64,000 bases of DNA. It comes from Selaginella moellendorffii (Eukaryota; Plantae; Lycopodiophyta). Within the stretch, counting starts at the first letter, position 1. Each line of letters begins with the position of its first letter. A model generated the notes under the pieces. It made no database searches. It worked only from the letters and a program-made list of their open reading frames with translations, and was not told the DNA's origin. The DNA lies in the NCBI RefSeq assembly GCF_000143415.4, contig NW_003314295.1, positions 1,426,907-1,490,906 on the forward strand. Reading direction: 5' to 3'. Below, piece by piece: positions 42,175 to 53,424 of the stretch. The position numbers were made by a program, and so were the translations under genes.

Positions 42175-42399
42175 ATGGTGTTTTCTAAAAATATGATATG
42201 TGTTTTTTTGATGATTTTTACTTTAGTTGCAAGTTTTAGAGATGCAAACCTAGGAATTGTACCAGCAAGTAAGCTCTCTGAAGGTGGAGTTTTACATCCT
42301 TTAGCAGCATCTTGCTCATGTTCTACATATTATTGTGTCGATCCATACATAATATGTGATTGTTATCCAGGTTGTAATTGTTTATGTTACTCTTCATAG
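42175..42399 (+). CDS. Small secreted cysteine-rich peptide precursor (74 aa)
   Basis: Hydrophobic N-terminal signal-like segment, short pro-region and C-terminal CxCx4Cx6CxCx3CxCxC. AATAAA lies immediately after the stop. Confidence 0.6.
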   Translation: MVFSKNMICVFLMIFTLVASFRDANLGIVPASKLSEGGVLHPLAASCSCSTYYCVDPYIICDCYPGCNCLCYSS

Positions 42400-45300
42400 A
42401 AATAAAGCATAATTATGTTACTTTCTTTAAAAAATAAAGTATGATTATGAATCTATGGCTAAATTATTAACTCTTTTTACAATTCTTAAATTACAAGATA
42501 TGGTTTTCTATACTTAGTTATATAAATGTTTTTGAAAATATGCTTTAGAGGAATTTGAGTTCATTTACAAATTTGATAAAGAGGTAAATATTTTATCTTG
42601 TATATTTTCCCAGGCAGAGCAAAAGAAGGAAACTTAGACGAAATGAAGTTATGCCTAAGTTTAGGCATCCAAATAAAAAAGACTCGACCTAGGCAAAAAG
42701 CAGTTAAGAATGGTTATAAAATCATATAGTATATAAGTAGCACTTAAACGTACTGAAAAACAACCCCCACTCACTATTGTATACATATGCATTGAATTAA
42801 CCATCTTTGGAATTTGATATTGAGTTATATTCTATTCTTCTTTATTTTCTTCTCTTCTTCTTCTACGTTTTTGTTTTTGTTATTTATCATTGTTTTGTAG
42901 GCAGGAGTGAGAACGCGAGTACAAGTAGAAAAAGCCTTACTCATTTTTGGCGACTATAGTGGGATAAATTGTCATTTTTTAGTTTGAAAAATAATTAGGA
43001 GAAAATTGCTTATGAATTCCAAATATGCACAATACTAAGAATCACAAGTAAATCTCTTCAATGATTGTAAAGGCTTTGAGCCTAGACAACACTAAAAAAA
43101 GGAACTCTTTTTGCAATTATAGTGACTTAGTGCTCAAACAACGTAGGAAAGATAGTTTCTCAATTGTCACTAAAGCCACAGAGCATGGAATGAGTTTGAA
43201 ATTGAAGTACAACATACATTGCCAAAAAACTCAAATTTAAATTTTTTTACTAATAATTTCTTGAGAAAAATCCAAAAGAATAAGGAATTGTTGCGAATGT
43301 GACTTTGGGTATTGAAAGTTATTTATCGGCTAGTCCTTACGGACACTCTTTCCTTACTGCCACGATGGCAGGAGGTCGGTATTGCTGGACCCTTTATTAG
43401 TCCCTCTTGTTCAAGTGTTAGTAAATTAGACTTTGCATTTGCATTTGGCCGGACGAGCATAAAGAAGGAATTCCTAAGTGTCTATTTAGCCAAACATACT
43501 TGGCCCAGCTTGTTAGTTCTCTTTTACTTTATCTTGCACTGGCTTGACAAAAACCCTCGCGTATTGAGACTAGTCCCTCAATATCACTACATGATAGCTT
43601 ACCATGTCTGCCAAACACCCTTGCTATCATGCCCTTTGTGTTAGTTTCATTTCGGTCCCAAATGCTATTTATGGAAAGTGTCTAAATTTGCTCATTTGGC
43701 ATATCTACGGAATGTAGAGATTGTCTTGAACACAATAGTGTTCGTCCCATGTCCAAATTCGCAATCTAGTGCTATTCCATATTTAGTAAGTTTTAAGCTT
43801 GTCCCAAAGACTAACTTCTGATACTAAGGGAGGCTTGGGGTGAAAGCCCAAAACGTGTGTTCCTCAAGGGAAGGGGGGGGGGGGGGGTTATAGGGGGTTC
43901 CAAATGTATAGTAGGGATAGGGGGTAGGTCGGGCATGGCTGACCAACCTGAGGCATAGTTTAGCTCTCGTTTGCGTGTCTGTCCTTGTTCTGCATTTGGC
44001 TTGGGTCTAAGCGTAAGTTCCATTCCATGCTAGCTGGTAGAGTACCTAAATCCTTGCATTAGGCCACCGGTATGCCGAAATAGTGCCAGACTCCGTTTGG
44101 CTCCGTTTTACATGCTGGTCCTGGCATTGGGATGTTGGTTGCTCTAGGACTGTTCCAAGTTGCTCCGGGCTCCTATCCCTTCGCTCTTTGGGCTGTATGC
44201 TCGGGAGTTGCTCTATGGTCCGGTTTCATCACTCCTTGGCTCCATGCTTCGGAGTTTGGCACCGTTCCTTCATTTAGTGGCCCAAGGCCTTGAACCTCAG
44301 TTCCACACCACTGTCCTTTGAACATGTGGCATATGACATGTGGCATGTGTCACGTGGCATAAAGAGGGTTTAGGTTCCACTTCATGGTGTTATCCTATGG
44401 TAAATCCCTATAGAATAAAGGGTCAAAACCACGTGCGCTATATTTGGTATTAAAGGATACTTCTCAACGAGTACTATTCAATGAGATTGGGCAACTAGTC
44501 TCATTGCATACGCAGAGATGAAAACGATGATCCGAGTGGGTATACGTTTGGGTGCAAAAGGCTTTACAATCGTTCCTTGGGTATGGATTTGGTTAGCTTG
44601 TTGTACCATGATGATGTGAGCTTGCTCTTGGGCTCATAGGATGGATTTGAGATGTTCCGTTCACACAAGTTTGCGTTTGGGCTCGTGAGTGAGGCACATT
44701 AACAACTAAAGGTTACACTTTGAGTTGGCAGGATTAATGTTAGCCTATCAATGGTTCCATGAGTTGTTCCATGTACCATGGGTAAAAGCAAACCTTCCCT
44801 GAGTTTACTATGAGTGGCAAATAGGATGGTCCGTAGCTGTTTAGCACGGCACTAGTGGATCCTTCCTAGGCATGATTATAAGTGGATCAATTAAGATTGT
44901 AAGGAATAATCTATTGGTTCAAGCAGTCATTGCCATGCTCTCTCATAAACTTTTCTTGGGTTGGACTAAAGGCAATGTGAAAGTAAGCTTGAGGTTTGGT
45001 CAAAGATGAGACCGAAAAGAGAGTCATTAGGGACGAATGATCAAACACGTAAATCATCTTCCCTTTTTGGAAAGATGATTTGCAACGAGGTGTTAACTCA
45101 TTGCTCGTGTTCATATATTATGCCATCAAGAGTCCCTATCTTGATGCATTTTGGAGATGATGGTTTTACAAATGATGAGTTTATGGGGTGGATAGTGGTG
45201 AAGCGCTAAACCATTTTATCTAAACTTGCTATTGGAAGACTTAGGTTGCAATGCTCAATTCTTTTCTAGAAAAATCTTGCTATTGCTCCTTGAGTGGCTT

Positions 45301-46537
45301 GGTGTTGGATTAGTTTTGAGTTTGGTTAGAAAAAGAGTGGTATGAGTTTATCCATGTTGTGAATAAAAGTTAGTGGTGTTGGGTGTTATAAATCTCTATC
45401 AGTGGAGTGGTAATGCGAAAAGCTATAAGCCATTAAAGAGAACAACTAACTATCATGAAAGATCATCAATCATCCCATCAATAAAGAGATGTATAATCAT
45501 CATCGAAGAAAGAATCTACCATCCCATAAAATGGCAAATCATTCTATATTAATAATAATCAAGCAAAACTCTTGACAAGGATAATCAACTATCTTAGATG
45601 ATAGTCAATCATCACCAATGATTGCCAGATACAAATACTAACTTCAATATTGAAGTTAACAAGTTAAAATGCCTTCCCCAATAACTTTTAACAAATGAAA
45701 CAATGAATATAAAACTCAAAAAACCAAAAGCTTGAAGAAGTCTATAGCCAAGTCTTGCTTAGTAATGATCATAAGTCTCGCATGAAATAACTTTAATGTT
45801 AAAGAAGAAAATCATAGTATAACCCACAATATCCTCCTCAACACATCGATAAACTAAACTTCATAATACCAAAGCTAATGAAGAGCATGTTTGCATCAAT
45901 CCAAAAGTTAAGCATAATGAAGCTATGCTCAACAAATGATTACCAAACGATCCTCCAGAAATCCATCTATAGCAAAACGTAACTTACTTCATAGCAAATA
46001 TAAGAAGAATCATCAATGATCAATATATCCTAACTCAAATCCTATAAGGATTTAAACGTTTCAATATCGATCACTAACTCTTCCGCTTGTAGAGTTAGCA
46101 TAGTCCACGACTGAATCACTTTTCAAGGAAAAGCCAAAACTTAACCCCTACTAAATAATCTTGTCTAGAACACAACTAACTCAACTTGCTACTTAGTTCA
46201 GTTGAATGTCAATACAGTTGCTAACTAGCAAATGCATGAATGTCAGTAACATAAAGCTACAGCCACATCCTCAACACTATCTTCATCAAGACTAATAAAA
46301 CTTGCCATCAATCTTTCAGATAGACATCTCATTTCACTCAAATCTCAACATCAACAATATTAATAACAAGGCATCATTTCAATGCTATCAACACCATAAC
46401 AAAGCTAGAAGAAACAAGAGTGAATCACCACTCAAAACTCTCTATCAACTAAGCTAACCAAGGTTGAAGATACTTTACTCAACCAAGACTAATCCTCCAA
46501 CAATACTTAGTTACAAATAACACATCATCAAGGAGTG

Positions 46538-47685
46538 TGTCGCGAATGTGACTTCGGGTATCAAAAGTTACCTGTCGGCCAGTCTTTTCGGATATTCTTT
46601 CCTTACTGCCACGACGGTAGGAGATCGGTATTGCTGGACTTGTTATTAGTCTCCGCCTAAGCTAGTTGAGAAATTGGTCATCACATATGTACTTAGACCG
46701 AAAGGGCACTAAGGAAGGAAATCCTAAGTTGTCATTTAGTCAAGCATACTTGACATGGTGATGAGAAACTCATGATGTTGGCTTGCATTTGCTAGTGTTG
46801 GGAACCCCTGCGATATTGAGATTGGTCCCTCAATATTCGCTAAATGATAGTTTACCGTGTTTGCCAAACACTCTCACTATCATGCCCTTTGTGTTAATCT
46901 CATTTCGATCCCAAATGTTATTTATGGAAAGTGTCCAGATTTGCTCATTTGGCATATCTACGGAATGTAGAGATCGGCCTGAACACAATGGTGTTCGTCC
47001 CGTGTCCAAATTTGCAATCTAGCGCCATTCCATATTTAGTAGGTTTCGAGCTTGTCCCAGAGACTAACTCCTGATACTAAGGAAGGCTTGGGGTGAAAGC
47101 CCAAAGCGTGTGTTCCTCAAGGGGGGGGGTTATGGGGGGTTCCAAATGTATAGTAGGGATAGTGGGTAGGTTGGGCATGGCTGACCAACCTGAGGCATAG
47201 TCTAGCTCCCGCTTGCGTGCTTGTCTTTGTTTTGCATCTAGCTTGGGTTTAAGCCCAAGTTCCATTCCATGCTAGCTGGTGGAGTACCCATGTCCTCGCG
47301 TTAGGCCACTGGTATGCCGAAATAGCGCCAAACTCCGTTTGGCTTCGTTTTGCATGTTGGTTCTGATATTGGGATGCTGGTTACTCTAGGATTGTTCCAA
47401 GTCGCTTCAGGCTCCTGTCCCTTCGCTCCTTGGGCTATACACTCGGGAATTGCTCTATGGTTCGGTTCCATCACTCCTTGGCTCCACGCTTGGAAGTTTG
47501 GCACCATTCCTTTGTTTAGTGGCCCTAGGCCCTAAACCTCAGGTTCCACACCACGTTTCTTTGGACACGTGGCATGTGACACATGGCATCTGTCACGTGG
47601 CATAAAGAGGGTTTGGGTTCCACTTCGTGGTGTTATCCTATAGTAAATCATCATAGGATAAAGGGTCAAAACCACATGCGCTACA
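46538..47685 (+). mobile_element. Solo LTR of family A
   Basis: TGTCGCG..GCTACA, 1148 bp, flanked by TSD GAGTG (46533-46537 and 47686-47690). The empty site is visible in copy 1 at ~36400. Confidence 0.92.
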
Positions 47686-48003
47686 GAGTGATTCACCACA
47701 TCCAAGACTCAATGAAATCCAACACCACAAACTAAATACAACCAAATGATATTAATAGAGGTAGAGTCGATATGCCAACAAAGAAAACCCATGTAAATCT
47801 AACAACACGACCCTCCACAACACCATCCAGTAAAACAAACCCATCACTACTAAATCACCATCGAGTCAAGTAAGTGTTAAAAGTCCTTGACGAAGTCTAC
47901 AAGTAATCATTAGTTGCAAAGTAACTAACAATCACTCTTCAACTTGCCTTCACAAGACCCAAACACTAAACTCTTGCCATTGAGTCATATACTTGTCCAA
48001 CAT

Positions 48004-48165
48004 TGTAACGCATGTGATCATGGGATGAGATTTGGATATACTGTCACCGTGGATCCTTGGAACCTTGGGGGATAAATGGGGATAAAATAACCACTAAGAG
48101 CTCTCTCATCAAGCAATTGCTCTTTTTTCAGTTGGCTTAAGGGGAGAGAGATAAAATGGGCTATA
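48004..48165. mobile_element. 162-bp insertion, probable small solo LTR
   Basis: TGTAACG..GGCTATA flanked by TSD AACAT (47999-48003 and 48166-48170). Absent from the homologous site at ~36090. Confidence 0.75.
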
Positions 48166-50925
48166 AACATGAATGTAATACCCCAAGCATGAGATAAAGG
48201 TTTATGGACAAACACAAACTAAATAACTACTCGAATTCAACTCAACTATAATAAGCTCACTAACACATCTAGTCAATAGCTCCAAGCATGCCTTGGCTAT
48301 ACATGATCAACACTGAGTTAAAATTAAAGTGAAGACCACGAGATGGATTCATATTGGTACACAACCTCCTTATAGACAAGCCATAGTATGGGTACCAACA
48401 TCTCAACCTTAAACAACTAAGTTGGACATCACCATCCTTAGCTAGGGTGCAGGGCCACCAAGACCAAGTCAACATCAGTGAGAGTTCACTACTCTCATAG
48501 AGTCTTAACGAAATGCAAGGTGCAACCTGCTACCAAGCAGAACACTATAAAAGAAAGGCATAAGGGTCACCTTTCTTAAAAAAGCGCAATAGCCACTTTT
48601 CTACATAAACTCCAGACTCTATCCAACTCAATTACCTTAGCTCCAAAAGTCAGCATCCCTTTCGGGTTGTATCATACAAACTACTTATTAAGGTTTTAAG
48701 CCAACCGAAGTCAACTCCAACCCCTTCACTAGTTTGTATTAACTTACGAAAACGAAATGGTTTTCGGATAAAGTGATCAATAGATCAGCCATTGGAAAAG
48801 CCTAAGAAAATTTGTGGAAAATTTTCTATCCTAGAGAAAGAATAACTTTTAGTCCAGAAATACAAACTTCCAAGACTCAACAAACTTCCTCCTACTTACA
48901 ATTTCACATAGATTCACCTCAACACCAATTCTCATGACCCATAGTATGTTTAAGCTTTGAACATTTTTTTGCCCATACTTCCGACATCTAACACCAACAT
49001 CCGCAAACATAAAAATGAACATCCAAGGCTTGATCACGAAGACCACTTCTTCGGATATCCATATTGCATTAACACTCTTTTTCAGTCACCTTCAAGATAC
49101 AATGTGAAGCCAAAACACTAATAAGAAAAATGACATGGAAAATCAAGTTTCAAAGAAAATTCCTCATCACTTGAACAACAATGCCACTTCCACTAACATA
49201 AGTGCTAGTGATGTCAATGCCTCAACTACACACCTTCTCCGTCCAATAATCTACTTCAAGTGCTAACGAAACAACCGACAAGCCATAGCAAGTGAATGCT
49301 ATAACCCTTTCCAACACCTTATAGGCCAATTCTCAAGGAAACAACGTACCAACTTAAGCTTAGCATAATGGACCACCATCGAAAATCTAATCAAAGCTAC
49401 TACAATGCTACTACATGCAAGTAAACTAGCTTCACTATTAACCACTTTGGGGTTGATCATCGTTTGACCAAGCAACTTCGTAAACACATTGCTCATTATC
49501 ACATGGATATGATATAGAAATCACAATGACTTGATCATCAATTGAGCAACACCACGAGCGATGTCTATGTCGTTTCTTCAAAGGTTTATATGAGTATCAA
49601 GTGCAAACTCGATTCGACAAAAATGCCATACATATACTTGTAAACTACAAATTTTTTCTTTCCAATTTTCCAGCTTACCTCGTCTATCCGTCCAACACTG
49701 CCTTGGCTTTTGCTAAGTTCCCTTACCAAAGTTCCTGCATATGGTACTAGCTCCTACTTGGTTTCAGCTACTCACTACACGAGCAATAGAGTGTTAGCCA
49801 TCCATCCACGGATTCCCAAATCTCTCTCAATCCCCCTCCCCAGGTTAGGCTGGACTTAAGGTTCGGCTACACTCCCCACAAGCACAAGCAGCTAAGCACA
49901 CCAAGCTTCCAGGTTCCTAACATCCCTTGGTACCATAAGACTTGATCATGGGACCCTCTAAATCCCAAGTCTCGGGTACAACCCTTGCTTCAGGACGCCA
50001 GGGCGAAACACCGTGGCATAACGGCCCGGTATGGGTACCTCTACCCCCCCACTTTCATCCCGAAGGGAAGGTCCAAGCCCCTAGGAAGGGCGAGGACCAA
50101 TGAGCCGCATGGTACTCAAGTGGGGCACCACTCCACATGAGTCGGGAGCACCACAGTCGGTTTCCCTTTCGGGAGTGGGAGCTACTCTTGAGCACTTCCT
50201 GGGATGGCCCCTCCAGCACCAACCAAGTCCATGCTCACTTCCACCCAAGGCCCCTCGGTCCCAGTCCCAACCTCAAGTCAGTTTGGAAGCCCCATTGAAG
50301 AGTTCCTTCAAAACTGGTTCTTGGACCTCACTATCCCTACTATACTTTTGGAACCCCCTACAGCCCCCCCCCCCCCCCCCCCTGGGAGACGCACGCTTTG
50401 GGTTTTCACCCCTTGACCTGTATTAGTACTCGGACTTAGTCTCTAGCTCGATCTCTGGCTCGATCTCGGACTCGATCTTGGATCTGACTTCGGATTCGGT
50501 CTCGGACTCAATCTCGGACCTGATCTCGGACCCGATTTTGGATCTTGGACTCGGTCTCGAACTCGGTCTCCGAGTTGGTCTTGGACTCGATTCCGGACTC
50601 TATCTCAAACTCAGTCTTAGAGTTGGTTTTGGACTCGATCTTAGACTTGGTCCCATCCGATGAACTCTTTATCATTTTGGTCATGCTTTCGGGGCTCCTT
50701 TAGCCTACGACACCTCGGCGAGTTAGTTCCTTACAACTCCACCACCCATAGAAGAAGTTCGATGCCCATATCGAACGTCTCTTTTTTATCCTACGACTTG
50801 TTGACCATGTCTTCGGGGGCATCCCCCCACTTAACGGTGTGCCTAAGTTAGCCTCCCCGGCCAAGAGCCCATGACAACGGAATATAGATGTCCCTATACT
50901 CCTCACCTCACCACGCCCTAGTATG

Positions 50926-51519
50926 TGTAAGCTCCTGAGTTTAGACTTCCTGAGAGGTCACCCAGCCCAGTACTATTCAAACCCAAGGACGCTTAACCCC
51001 AAGTATCCCAAGACCCTTAACCGATTGGAAAAGGGGGTGCACTCTTGTTCATGGGCCCTTTCCCTCTATATTTGAACCCTAACGGATCGTCTCTCAAGTC
51101 GTTCCCTTTGGTTGCTTACAATCCACCACGCTTCCCTGCAAGTTCACGCCCTCGTGAATGGAAGCTGAGAGCCGCAGCTCTCCCGAGAGCCCCGCTCTCT
51201 TGACACCCTACCCCTCGGGTCGAGCTCAGCGGGAGCAAACTGGACCAGCCAGATGTCAATCAACATGTGGTGCGATTCCCTTAGTCAACCAACAGAGTCG
51301 GACCCGAAACCTCTCTGATACCAATGTAAGCTCTTGAGTTTAGACTTCCTGAGAGGTCACCCAACCCAATACTATTCAAACCCAAGGACGCTTAACCCCA
51401 AGTATCCCAAGACCCTTAACTGATTGGAAAAGGGGGTGCACTCTTGTTCATGGGCCCTTTCCCTCTATATTTGAACCCTAACGGATCGTCTCTCAAGTCG
51501 TTCCCTTTGGTTGCTTACA
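50926..51519 (-). mobile_element. Intact Cassandra-type TRIM (594 bp) with 5S rRNA-like domain in both LTRs
   Basis: 195-bp LTRs at 50926-51120 and 51325-51519 (TGTAAGC..GCTTACA, 4 transition differences). TSD GTATG. PBS TGGTATCAGAG at 51323-51313 and purine-rich tract at 51136-51121. The LTR minus strand GTTAAGCGTCCTTGGGTTTGAATAGTACTGGGCTGGGTGACCTCTCAGGAAGT matches the 5S A-box/IE/C-box region. Confidence 0.93.
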
Positions 51520-52695
51520 GTATGGGGTCGGGACTTGAACCCAGCCTTGCTTTATTAGGGGGTTGGGACTTGAACCCTGAACCCAACCTCCATAGAATAT
51601 GTTTACGGATTCGACATCCCCGCAGGGAGTCGGGCGTAGTTCTCTACGCCTGGTCGACCTAGCTAACCCATGCTAATTAGCTTACCTTCGGCGCGCTGTA
51701 AGCGACTAAATTTTCCATTCTACTTTAGTCACTTAACCACACCTCTGACCACTTGGAGGAGTCTCATTCACAACCTCCATAAGTCCAATCCAGGACTTGG
51801 GACTTGCTAGCCCCGAGAATGGCATCCATGCTACTCAACATTTGCACTTGGTCCAAGTGCTCCACATGTCCGATCCCATGACCGACACTCAAAGGTACCA
51901 CCGACATAGCAGCCCGTTACGCTAAGGCCATGCCCAATCACCTTTGCCACACTGGTAGTCCAATACCACTTGCATCACCGTCTTGGCTCTCCAAGACTAG
52001 GCAAACCATCTGTGAGTGGTCATCTCAGATCCACTCCTTAGCATCCTTAGGATGCCCACCGACAAGGGCAATAGCCTTCCCCAATATCCCTCTGTCAGTC
52101 CCCACTAAGTCCCTTTCTGCCCCTGGCCGTGTTTGCCAACACTGCCACTGGATCGAGACCCACAGGCCCGACCACTAAGTCCCACGGTCCTCTGGGACTT
52201 CCTCACCACACGACTGTGTCCTTGGTCACTACCCCAGAGGACTGCTCCTCTTCCTTTCCATAGTTTGGGCCTTTGGGACAACATTTCGGAACACCGTGGC
52301 CTTACGCGAGCCACCTGGGTACTCTCCCCACCTTTCGCCTTTAGGTGCTCTAGCCATGGGCTTAGAGCGAGGTTCCGTTGAGCCACGCCTGGTATCCAAG
52401 TAGGTAGTGCCACCCACACTTGGACTGGGAGCATCGGCCAGTCGATCTCCCGGGGGAACTAGAGCCGGCTCTTGAACACTTCACCAAGCTACCCCACTTG
52501 TCGGTCTGTGTTCACTCTAGTCTTGGACTTCCCAGTGGGCAGCTCATCACCCAACACTGGGTCCGGCCTTCCTGGGCCAAACTGGCCTTTCCTGGCCAAA
52601 CTGGCTCCACTGCAGTCCTCCCCCTACTATACTTTTGGAGCTCACCAAACCCCCCAGGGTCTGGGAGACGAACGCTTTGGGCTTTCACCCTCTCA

Positions 52696-53140
52696 GACTC
52701 GAACTCGGACTCGGACTCGGACTCGGACTCGGACTCGGACTCGGACTCGGGCTCGGGCTCGGGCTCGGTCTCGGCCTCGGCCTCGGCCTCGTTCTCGGTC
52801 CCGATCTCGGTCTCGGTCTCGGTCTCGGTCTTGGTCCCGGTCTCGGTCTCGACTTCGGACTCCATCTCAGACTCCATCTCGGGTCCATCTCGGGTCCACC
52901 TCGAACTCCATCTCAGACTCCATCTCGGGTCCATCTCGGGTCCACCTCGGACTCCATCTCGGACTCCATCTCGGACTCCACTTCGGACTCCAACTCGGGT
53001 CCATCTCGGACTCCACTTCGGACTCCAACTCGGGTCCATCTCGGACTCCATCTCGGACTCCATCTCGGGTCCATCTCGGACTCCATCTCGGGTCCATCTC
53101 GGACTCCACTTCGGACTCCAACTCGAGTCCATCTCGGACA
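52696..53140. repeat. Minisatellite: (GACTCG)n grading into (GACTCCATCTCG)n
   Basis: Direct reading. Related shorter arrays at 50430-50660 and 9015-9112. Confidence 0.95.
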
Positions 53141-53424
53141 CTTCCACGTGTCATGTGTTGGTCCTTTTGGGTCCCTTTTTGGAGCCTCGCTTTTTGCTCG
53201 CTTCGTGCTCGTTCCTCAAGCACTTCGTTGGGAGTTCCACTCCCGCTCTTGACTTTTCAAGTCGGAGCTTTTGGTCCAAACGTGTTACGCTCGTTTGGCT
53301 CTCGCTTCAGCCACTACCATGTGGCACCCTTTCCGGCTCCACTTTGGGGCCTAGGGATTTTGTGTCTCACACGCGCCTTCGGGTCCCAACATATGCCATT
53401 GCTCAACTTCTCAAATTGATACTT

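Larger units (their letters stand above)
43289..49635 (+). mobile_element. Family A copy 2: 5' LTR plus interior with a large inverted segment, 3' part missing
   Basis: LTR 43289-44442 and PBS relic TGGTATTAAAG. 44443-45409 matches 33643-34622. 45410-49635 is the reverse complement of ~34628-37535. Confidence 0.85.
49640..53371. repeat. Long repeat family B (probable LTR region) with two internal units and GACTCG-type satellites
   Basis: 50100-50700 resembles 52300-53200. Ends at TGTGTCTCACA (53371), ~55 bp beyond the chromodomain stop of the adjacent Gypsy. Homologous to 5190-9343. Confidence 0.65.

Noticed and set aside
50926-51120. 5S rRNA gene
   Set aside because: Only the ~55-nt internal promoter region is present, embedded in an LTR with TSD and PBS.
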